From the NCBI RefSeq assembly GCF_000172995.2, contig NC_014729.1, positions 30,001-62,000 on the forward strand: a stretch of 32,000 nucleotides of DNA, written 5' to 3'. The notes beneath the pieces were generated by a model. That model had not been told where the DNA came from and made no database searches. It saw only the letters and a list, made by a program, of their open reading frames with translations. The position numbers were made by a program, and so were the translations under genes. Of this stretch, positions 24,852 to 32,000 are shown piece by piece. Numbering within the stretch: position 1 is the stretch's first letter; each line of letters begins with the position of its first letter. The stretch is from Halogeometricum borinquense DSM 11551 (GTDB lineage: Archaea > Halobacteriota > Halobacteria > Halobacteriales > Haloferacaceae).

Positions 24852-24979
24852 TCGGTTCTCTCATCGACCGCTTCTCTCCCGCCCCCACTATGCGTTTGAT
24901 CGAACATCTGTTCTCGCTGTCACTCGGTTAGTAAACAAACCTGATGTTCTCTGTTTCTTGTTAGTCTTTCTCGAAACAA

Positions 24980-24991
24980 CGTTCGCGAACG
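24980..24991. promoter_or_regulatory. Perfect 12-bp palindrome CGTTCGCGAACG in a low-GC intergenic spacer
   Basis: Read directly from the sequence. It is flanked by the complementary pairs CTCGAA/TTCGAG and AACAACG/CGTTGTT (24970-25008). Confidence 0.3.
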
Positions 24992-25115
24992 CTTCGAGAG
25001 GCGTTGTTCACGCACCTCATCGCCGAATGTCAGTCTTTGCCGGACGTGCGCGAAGTGTGCCAATCATACACACAGTTTATACCTGACAGCCCCTACGACA
25101 AACTGGAGGCAGACA

Positions 25116-25833
<718 letters not shown>

Positions 25834-25929
25834 GACACAGCGCGCGCCAGAGAGCGACCGCAGGTCGGCGTGGGAACGAACCTGTTGGGGATTATCTATT
25901 TGTTACCACCGGACGAAGCTCTCTGTGCG

Positions 25930-26385
25930 ATGACAAGCAACGAGGTCACTGACCTTCTCAAGAAGGCCTATCAGGACGAGTTAGAGACGGTGATGAACTA
26001 CCTGACGAACTCTATCGTTCTCGACGGCGTCCGCGCCGAGGAGATAAAGGGGTCGCTCCAAGCCGACATCCAAGAGGAACTGAACCACGCGGAACTGCTC
26101 GGCAACCGACTGAAGCAACTGGACGAAAAACCGCCGGGATCAGCCGAGTTCGAGGCGAATCAGATGAATCTCCAACCGCCAGCGGACAGCACGGACGTTC
26201 TCTCGGTCATCGAGGGCGTCCTGACTGCCGAAGAAGATGCCATCTCGACGTACCGTGACCTCATTGCCGCCGCAGAGGAGGCGAACGACCCTGTTACTGA
26301 AGACCTCGCGGTGACGGTACTGGCCGACGAGGAAGCCCACCGGACGGAGTTCCGCGGCTTCCGCAAAGAGTACAAGAAAGACTGA
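25930..26385 (+). CDS. Ferritin-like di-iron protein (bacterioferritin/Dps superfamily)
   Basis: The four-helix ligand pattern E (DELETV), ExxH (EELNH), E (TAEEDA), ExxH (DEEAH) is present. I set the start at ATG 25930, which has the AT-rich box ATTATCTATTTGTTA ~30 bp upstream. The track's GTG 25870 is unlikely. Confidence 0.8.
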   Translation: MTSNEVTDLLKKAYQDELETVMNYLTNSIVLDGVRAEEIKGSLQADIQEELNHAELLGNRLKQLDEKPPGSAEFEANQMNLQPPADSTDVLSVIEGVLTAEEDAISTYRDLIAAAEEANDPVTEDLAVTVLADEEAHRTEFRGFRKEYKKD

Positions 26386-26418
26386 CGACTCCTCGGGAAC
26401 GGCGACCGCTGTCGCGCC

Positions 26419-28536
26419 TCAGTCGGCCGCCGTGGACGCCGTTCCGTCGCTTTCGACCGATGCGCCCTGTTTCGATTCTAACGCTTCAACCAGCAACTCA
26501 GCGATGTCGATAATCTCGATGTCGTCCTCGTAGTCGCCGGTCTTCCGACCGTCTTCGTACATCGTCGCACACATCGGGCAGGCGACGACGAACTTCTCGA
26601 CGGCCGCGCCCGCGTCGGTGTCCTCGAGCGCTTCGCGCAGGCGTTCTTCGCTCGGTTTCGTCTCCTCTTCGAGTTCCATCCAGAGACCGCCACCGCCACC
26701 ACCGCAACAGAACGAATCAGAGCGGTTACGGGGCATCTCCGCGAGCGTCGCGCCCGTCGCGCGGACGAGCTCGCGCGGTGCTTCGTACTCGTCGTTGTAC
26801 CGGCCGAGGTGGCACGGGTCGTGGTAAGTGACGGTGTAATTGATTTCCGTCCCGTCAAGACCGACGCGCCCGGACTCAACGAGCGATTCGACCACCTGCG
26901 TGTAGTGGAAGACAGGATAGTCGAATTCGGGGTCCATTTCGGGGTACTCGTTCAGGAACGTGTTGTACGAGTGGGGGTCCGTACAGACGATTTTGTCGAA
27001 CTCGCAGTCGTGAATCGCGTCTGCGTTGTCCTCGACTAGCATCTCGTACAGTCCCTCCTCACCGACGCGGCGCACGTCGTTGCCGTCGTGTTGTTCGTCC
27101 TCGTAGAGAATGCCGTAGGAGACACCCGTGAGTTCGAACAGACGGGCGAGCGAACGCGCGACGCGGCGGTTGCGTTCGTCATAGGACGGGTAATCACCGA
27201 CGTACCAGAGGAACTCGACTTCCTCCTCGCGGGCGTCGGGCACCTCGAAGTCGAGGTCACGGGTCCAGTCGGGGCGTTTTCTGGCCGGGTTGCCGAAGGC
27301 GTTGCCGTTCTGGAAGATGTTCATCATCGCCTCTTGGACGGGTTCTTGCGTCTGCCCCGTCTCCGTGAGCCGACGGTTCATCTCCGTGAAGTGGCTCAGA
27401 TGCTCGATGTCAACCGGGCAGGCGTCCATACAGGCCATACAGGCCATACAGGATTCCATCGTGGACGAATCGATGACCGAGGTGCCGCCGTCGGCGACGA
27501 TATCGATCTCTTCTGTCCGCCCCGCATCGAGGTCCTCACGGTACTGCTTCAGGTCGAGAATCACATCTCGGGGGTCGAGCGGCCGTCCCGATTCCTTGGC
27601 CGGACAGACCGACGAACACCGGCCACACTTCGTACAGGCGTCGGTATCGAGTATCTGCTTCCACGAGAGGTCCTCGATAGACGTGTACCCGATTTCGTCG
27701 GGACTTTCGTCCTCGGGGACGCCCGGCAGACGTTTGCCAGCCTTCTCGTCGGCCGTCACGACGTTGGCGAACGACGAAATCATGTGGAACGGCTTGGCGT
27801 AGGGAACGAACGCGACGAAGCCGAGAGCGATGAGCGCGTGCGACCACCAACCGGCCCAGTAGAGCATCTCAGCCGTCCCGGGTGACATCCCGGCGGTCTC
27901 GAAGACGATGGCGACGAAGTAGCCGACGAACGAGACGGTTTCCCAGTCGGGGAACTCCGTCCCGAGGATACGCAGACCTTCGATGACGTAGCCGCCCGCG
28001 CCGAGAACGAACAGCGTCCAGATGAACAGGTCGTCCTCACGTCCGGTGTGTTTGCCCCACAGGCGTTTCTCACGCACGACGTACCGGCGGTAGATTGCCA
28101 TGCCGACGCCGATAACGAACAGGAAGCCGAGGGCGTCCATAACGAACGAGTACGAGAGATAGAAGTCCCCTTTGAAGAAGGACATCCCCGTGAGCTTGCG
28201 GTAGATGTCCATGTCGATGAAGAGGATAGTCGTCCCGATGAGGAGCGTCAGAAAGCCCCAGAGGATGAACGCGTGCATCACACCGCCGTAGAGGTCGCGG
28301 TCGAACTGTTTCTCGTTCGAGAAGACGACCTTCGAGGCGCGCGCGATGCGGCCCGGAAGGTCGTCCAGACGCTCGAACGCGTCTTCTTCTCCCTGCGTGT
28401 ACCGACTGAAGCGCTCGTACACCCCATACAGGAAGACGAGTATCGCCGTCGTGGCGAGTGCGTAAAACACCACCTCACCAACTGGACTGATCGTCCAGAA
28501 CGTCTCCCGAGTCGGTTCCGACTGCAAGATTGTCAT
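26419..28536 (-). CDS. Membrane-bound Fe-S oxidoreductase: NarI/DsrM-like multi-TM domain fused to an HdrD/DsrK/GlpC-like module
   Basis: The N-terminus has ~6 TM helices with conserved His residues (GVMHAFILWGF, WWSHALIALGF, KPFHMISS). It is followed by CTKCGRCSSVCP and CMACMACMDACP (2x CxxCxxCxxxCP). Two cysteine-rich CCG-type segments follow (IVCTDPH...DPCHLGR; FCCGGGGG...ACPMC). Confidence 0.85.
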   Translation of the reverse strand: MTILQSEPTRETFWTISPVGEVVFYALATTAILVFLYGVYERFSRYTQGEEDAFERLDDLPGRIARASKVVFSNEKQFDRDLYGGVMHAFILWGFLTLLIGTTILFIDMDIYRKLTGMSFFKGDFYLSYSFVMDALGFLFVIGVGMAIYRRYVVREKRLWGKHTGREDDLFIWTLFVLGAGGYVIEGLRILGTEFPDWETVSFVGYFVAIVFETAGMSPGTAEMLYWAGWWSHALIALGFVAFVPYAKPFHMISSFANVVTADEKAGKRLPGVPEDESPDEIGYTSIEDLSWKQILDTDACTKCGRCSSVCPAKESGRPLDPRDVILDLKQYREDLDAGRTEEIDIVADGGTSVIDSSTMESCMACMACMDACPVDIEHLSHFTEMNRRLTETGQTQEPVQEAMMNIFQNGNAFGNPARKRPDWTRDLDFEVPDAREEEVEFLWYVGDYPSYDERNRRVARSLARLFELTGVSYGILYEDEQHDGNDVRRVGEEGLYEMLVEDNADAIHDCEFDKIVCTDPHSYNTFLNEYPEMDPEFDYPVFHYTQVVESLVESGRVGLDGTEINYTVTYHDPCHLGRYNDEYEAPRELVRATGATLAEMPRNRSDSFCCGGGGGGLWMELEEETKPSEERLREALEDTDAGAAVEKFVVACPMCATMYEDGRKTGDYEDDIEIIDIAELLVEALESKQGASVESDGTASTAAD
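27426..27452 (-). repeat. Perfect 9-bp x3 tandem repeat inside the Fe-S cluster motif
   Basis: CCATACAGG occurs three times on the plus strand. On the coding strand this is TGTATGGCC TGTATGGCC TGTATGG, encoding C-M-A-C-M-A-C-M of CMACMACMDACP. Confidence 0.95.
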
Positions 28537-28587
28537 AGATGATTACGCGGAAACTGCGGGGTTAAATCTTGCCACCCGGAACAGTTT

Positions 28588-28602
28588 TGGATGACATATC
28601 CA
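28588..28602. promoter_or_regulatory. Palindrome TGGAT-GACAT-ATCCA (with GTTT 5' flank) upstream of the HdrD-like gene
   Basis: It lies just upstream of the TATA-like GTTAAATCTT (28561-28570), which is centred ~29 bp from ATG 28536 on the minus strand. It shares GTTTTGGAT-N5-ATCCA with the larB-proximal palindrome at 9938-9962. Confidence 0.35.
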
Positions 28603-28617
28603 CCCTCTGTTTGCCGG

Positions 28618-29325
28618 TCAGACGAACACCGAAGCGACGAAGGCGACGCCGACGACGAGGACGGGATAGTCGCGTCGTTCGAGGCGGAGGCCGGGAAGCG
28701 TCGGATTCCATGCGAAACATCGGGCCCGAAGGGCAAGAGAGAGCCTGTCAGACCGGGCGAACGCGCGACGAACGCCTGCGGTTCCGATGATACGCATTCG
28801 TTCGGACAGGGAGCGTTCGTTACCGAGTCGCGCCTTCGATGCCTCGCGGACGCGCCGGAGATCAGCCAACAGGACCGGAAAAAAGCGAAAGACGAGGGCG
28901 ACACCGACACCGAAGAACCGGCCGATGCGTCCCGGCAACAGTCGTTCGACAGCGGCGCGGGAGTCGCGCACGGATGTCGTCCGCAGATAGACGCCCGAGA
29001 CGACGAGGACAAGCAGTACGCGGTAACTGGCGAGTGCGGGTTCAACGGCCGCGGCTGGATCGATTCCGAGCGGCGAGAGCGACACCGTCCTGACGAGGGG
29101 TGCGATGAGCAGAAACGGAAGCGCCGGAGCAAACCCGCGAATCGGATCAGCCGGCGAGACGCGCCCAGCGGCGAGAATACCGCCAGTGACGACCGTGAAA
29201 ACGGCGAGTCCGCGCGGCGTCGTGTGCGCGAAAATAGCGAGGGCAAACGCCGCCTGCACGAAGAGCTTCGTCCGCGGATCCAACCGGTGGGCCAGCGAGT
29301 CGCCGGGGTGGTAGGTCAGTATCAT
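28618..29325 (-). CDS. ecfT: ECF transporter transmembrane (T) component, CbiQ/EcfT family
   Basis: YHPGDSLAHRLDPRTKL is a typical N-terminus. The protein is multi-TM. Its start ATG overlaps the ecfA stop (ATGA overlap at 29322-29325), indicating translational coupling. Confidence 0.8.
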   Translation of the reverse strand: MILTYHPGDSLAHRLDPRTKLFVQAAFALAIFAHTTPRGLAVFTVVTGGILAAGRVSPADPIRGFAPALPFLLIAPLVRTVSLSPLGIDPAAAVEPALASYRVLLVLVVSGVYLRTTSVRDSRAAVERLLPGRIGRFFGVGVALVFRFFPVLLADLRRVREASKARLGNERSLSERMRIIGTAGVRRAFARSDRLSLALRARCFAWNPTLPGLRLERRDYPVLVVGVAFVASVFV

Positions 29326-30026
29326 TCGGGAGCGCGAACGTCGTACTGTTCGACCTGTTCGACGGCCTGTTCGGGCGTTTCGTCCACTACGACCCGTCCG
29401 TCAGAGAGGACAACAACGCGGTCGGCGAGCGTCTGCACGTCGCGCAAATCGTGCGTGACGACGACGATACTCGTTCCGTTACCGTGGAGTGCGGTCAATC
29501 GGTCCATCACGGCATTGCGGGCGGGCGCATCAAGTCCGGTGAACGGTTCGTCGAGGACGAGATGGTCCGGGTGCATCGCCAACGCGCCCGCGATGGCGAC
29601 GCGTTCCTGTTCGCCGCCGGAGAGTTCGTCAATACGTTCGTTGCGTCGTCCGCGGAGATTTACCGCATCCAAGGCGTCGGCCACGCGGTCGTCAATCTCC
29701 GCGCGCGGAAGGCCGAGGTTCTCGGGACCGAACGCAACGTCCGCACCAACTGTCGCCGCGACGAACTGGTCGCGCGGGTCCTGAAACACCATCCCCACCG
29801 CAGTCCGGGCGGCGACAGGATTCTCGGAGACTGGCTGACCGTTGACGGCGATATCGCCCGTGTCGGGTTCGAGAAGCCCGTTGAAATGGCGAACGAGCGT
29901 CGTCTTGCCGGACCCGTTCGCACCGGCGAGGACGACGAACTCGCCGGCCTCGATTTCGAGCGACACCTCGTCGATAGCGACGGTGTCGCCGTAGCGGTGG
30001 GTCAGTGAGTCGGTACTGATGGTCAT
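29322..30026 (-). CDS. ecfA: ECF transporter ATPase component (CbiO/EcfA family)
   Basis: Walker A is GANGSGKTT, the ABC signature is LSGGEQERV, Walker B is LVLDEP, and the H-loop is VVVTHD. Confidence 0.9.
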   Translation of the reverse strand: MTISTDSLTHRYGDTVAIDEVSLEIEAGEFVVLAGANGSGKTTLVRHFNGLLEPDTGDIAVNGQPVSENPVAARTAVGMVFQDPRDQFVAATVGADVAFGPENLGLPRAEIDDRVADALDAVNLRGRRNERIDELSGGEQERVAIAGALAMHPDHLVLDEPFTGLDAPARNAVMDRLTALHGNGTSIVVVTHDLRDVQTLADRVVVLSDGRVVVDETPEQAVEQVEQYDVRAPE

Positions 30027-30038
30027 CGGTTCGGGTCG

Positions 30039-30647
30039 TTACTCGGCGCTTGCGGCGTCGCTTCGGATGATCCCGACCGCAGCAGCAATCTTGACCGCCT
30101 CGAACGGCACGAAGGCGAGAGCGCTGACGACGAACGCGTCCCAGAGCACGTTGGGAGCGAACGCGGAAAGAATGCCGCCTGTTTGGACGATAGCGAAGCC
30201 AACGGTACCGAACACGTAGATGACGACTGTCCCGGCAACCATCGCGCCGACGAGGCGAGCGACGGGGACGTGTTCGGGGTCAACGAGCCCGGAAACGCCG
30301 TGGACGAGGAGGCCGATGAGAGCCGCCGCAGGAGGGTACGACCAGAGATAGCCCGCTGTGAGACCCAGCAGTGATCCGAGTCCGGCCGACCCGCCAGCGA
30401 AAATAGGTGCGCCCGCGGCCCCCGCCGTGAGATACAGCACCATCGACGCACCGCCCCAGACGGGACCGAGGAAGATACCGGCGAGGAAGACGCCGAGCAC
30501 CTGCAGACTCACCGGGTGCGGCGACAGCGGGTTTTGGAACGACACGTAAGCGAACGCGCCGGTCAACGCCGCAAACAACGCCGCGCGTGCGATGTTACCC
30601 ACCACGTCGTCGCCGACGAGTTCGACTGATTCCGTGTTCGTAGACAT
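30039..30647 (-). CDS. bioY: Biotin ECF transporter substrate-specific component BioY
   Basis: IARAALFAALTGAFAYVSF...PVSLQVLGVFLAGIFLGPVWGGASMVLYLTAGAAGAPIFAGG matches the BioY pattern. It is the first gene of a bioY-ecfA-ecfT (BioYMN-type) operon on the minus strand. Confidence 0.85.
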   Translation of the reverse strand: MSTNTESVELVGDDVVGNIARAALFAALTGAFAYVSFQNPLSPHPVSLQVLGVFLAGIFLGPVWGGASMVLYLTAGAAGAPIFAGGSAGLGSLLGLTAGYLWSYPPAAALIGLLVHGVSGLVDPEHVPVARLVGAMVAGTVVIYVFGTVGFAIVQTGGILSAFAPNVLWDAFVVSALAFVPFEAVKIAAAVGIIRSDAASAE

Positions 30648-30791
30648 ACTCGTCCGTGTCTCGTAAATCTGTATTAGTGGTTCGGTTTACGGCGGTCAAA
30701 CCCCGTTCTGCCGGTGTTCTCGGCTCTCGACGTGTCGTGTGCCTATCGGATCAGCAAGGTTTTGTAGGTTCGTAGCATGTAGTTTCTGTTC

Positions 30792-31445
30792 ATGGACGAG
30801 AAGACCGCCGAACTCAGGGACATCTTCGTCGAGACGACGGGGTCGGAGACGGTGACCGAGACGCAGGAGGAGTCTCCGGGGTCGCTGACCGACGAACTCT
30901 CCGACGCCGAGCGGAACGAACGCGTCGCGCGCTTGGTGGCGTCGATGCGCGACCGGTACGAGTTCGAGACGGCTTTCTCGGATGAGGACCTGTGCCGTAT
31001 TGTCCGCGGGTTCTACGACGGCGACTCCGACGCGGAACTGGCCGCCGCACTCGATGCTGCTGCGGACGAGTCGGACGTGTTCGTCGCGCGGATGGACCTC
31101 CACCTCGTCCGCGATTCGGACCGCGACGCCCCGTTCTCGCTCGATACGCTGCGGGCGCTTCTGGACGACGGTGCGGACGACGAGACATGCGCGGCCGAAC
31201 TCAATACTCAGACCGACGGTGATGCCACTACCGACGACGATGCCGGCATCGACGCCAAGACGGTAGCGCACTACCGCCGCGTGGTCGAGACGCAACGCGA
31301 AGCGACGCGCGCCAACGACCGCTTCCGCACCGAGTTCACCGAACTGCTGACGGATTCTGATCTCTCGGCGCGATTGGCCGAAGACGCCCGCCGAGACGGT
31401 CTACAAGAGGCGACAGAGGACATCGAGACGGACGTCTCGCTCTGA
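30792..31445 (+). CDS. Acidic conserved haloarchaeal protein of unknown function
   Basis: MDEKTAELRDIFVETTGSETVTETQEESPGSL...: strongly acidic, with the TATA-like GGTTTTGTAGG ~29 bp upstream. I have a weak, unverified recollection that this N-terminus matches proteins annotated as conditioned-medium-induced protein 4 in Haloferax. Confidence 0.65.
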   Translation: MDEKTAELRDIFVETTGSETVTETQEESPGSLTDELSDAERNERVARLVASMRDRYEFETAFSDEDLCRIVRGFYDGDSDAELAAALDAAADESDVFVARMDLHLVRDSDRDAPFSLDTLRALLDDGADDETCAAELNTQTDGDATTDDDAGIDAKTVAHYRRVVETQREATRANDRFRTEFTELLTDSDLSARLAEDARRDGLQEATEDIETDVSL

Positions 31446-31554
31446 AACACCGGATTCCCTCGGCACGTCGGCTCCCACGTGACAGTATACAGACACAACG
31501 ATACTTCATCGCTGTGCGAAGACTCTTACCGGATGGGGTGCTTACTCCGTTGCG

Positions 31555-32000
31555 ATGGCGCAGGCCCCGCAGGACCCGGACGTGGACCTCACCGAACGGT
31601 TCATCCAGTTCTATCGAAAGTACTACAGCGACGATATCGGGCGACTCGCGCAGCGGTATCCGAACGAACAGCGCTCGTTGTACATCGACTACGACGACCT
31701 GTTCCGCTTCGACGAGGACCTAGCGGAGGACTACCGCAAAAAGCCCGATCAGATACGCGAGTACGCCGAGGAGGCGCTCAGACTGTACGACCTCCCGGTG
31801 GACGTGAAACTCGGGCGCGCGCACGTCCGACTTCGCAATCTTCCCGACTCGGTTGACATACGTAATATCCGCGTCCACGACGACCACATCGGCCGGATGG
31901 TATCGGTACAGGGTATCGTCCGCAAGGCGACGGACGTGCGCCCGAAGATTACCGAGGCGGCGTTCGAATGCCAACGCTGCGGGACGATGACGTACATCCC
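31555..32000 (+). CDS. mcm: MCM replicative helicase, N-terminal 148 codons (continues past the right window edge)
   Basis: Not in the track because it is open-ended. Manual translation from ATG 31555: MAQAPQDPDVDLTERFIQFYRKYYSDDIGRLAQRYPNEQRSLYIDYDDLFRFDEDLAEDYRKKPDQIREYAEEALRLYDLPVDVKLGRAHVRLRNLPDSVDIRNIRVHDDHIGRMVSVQGIVRKATDVRPKITEAAFECQRCGTMTYI. This is a typical MCM N-terminal domain ending at the first CxxC of the zinc finger. Confidence 0.88.
   Translation, partial: MAQAPQDPDVDLTERFIQFYRKYYSDDIGRLAQRYPNEQRSLYIDYDDLFRFDEDLAEDYRKKPDQIREYAEEALRLYDLPVDVKLGRAHVRLRNLPDSVDIRNIRVHDDHIGRMVSVQGIVRKATDVRPKITEAAFECQRCGTMTYI

Noticed and set aside
27088-27885. 265-aa plus-strand ORF
   Set aside because: It is antisense to the HdrD-like Fe-S protein gene, whose cysteine motifs define the true frame.
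28533-29784. ORFs 28591..29784(+) 397 aa and 28533..29246(-) 237 aa
   Set aside because: They are antisense or out-of-frame shadows of ecfT and ecfA. The ABC ATPase motifs and the ATGA start/stop coupling define the real frames.

Overview
GC-rich haloarchaeal (class Halobacteria) chromosomal DNA. The proteins are strongly acidic, genes are densely packed, and most genes have an AT-rich TATA-like box about 26-32 bp upstream of the start codon, which suggests leaderless transcripts. The gene order is tatCt/tatCo, larE, mutS-like, orc, rpiA, larB, surE, phosphohexomutase, samp2, rfcS, sensor kinase, tspO, alaS, bioY-ecfA-ecfT, mcm. From memory (unverified) this matches the region around HVO_0185-HVO_0220 of Haloferax volcanii, so this looks like core genome rather than an accessory island. 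I support 34 protein-coding genes. Four are missing from the supplied ORF track: two open-ended edge genes (tatCt at the left edge, mcm at the right edge) and two genes under 60 aa (a 55-aa DUF1931/histone-fold-like protein and a 49-aa zinc-ribbon protein). For about 12 genes the track's longest-ORF start (often GTG/TTG) looks too far upstream, and I moved it to an ATG with a correctly spaced TATA box. Most other track ORFs are antisense or out-of-frame shadows typical of high-GC DNA. I found no rRNA, tRNA, CRISPR array, transposase, integrase or recognisable defence island. I do not see a convincing multi-gene novel system. The best leads are: (1) a SAMP2-type ubiquitin-like modifier encoded with two extra residues after the diglycine (GG-AY); (2) a 324-bp ORF-free gap between convergent genes, a candidate ncRNA; (3) a trio of a P-loop-less KaiC-like protein, a nucleophile-less alpha/beta-hydrolase and a GATase1; (4) a hyperacidic, repeat-bearing N-terminal extension on TatCo; (5) a shared GTTTTGGAT-N5-ATCCA palindrome at two unrelated promoters.
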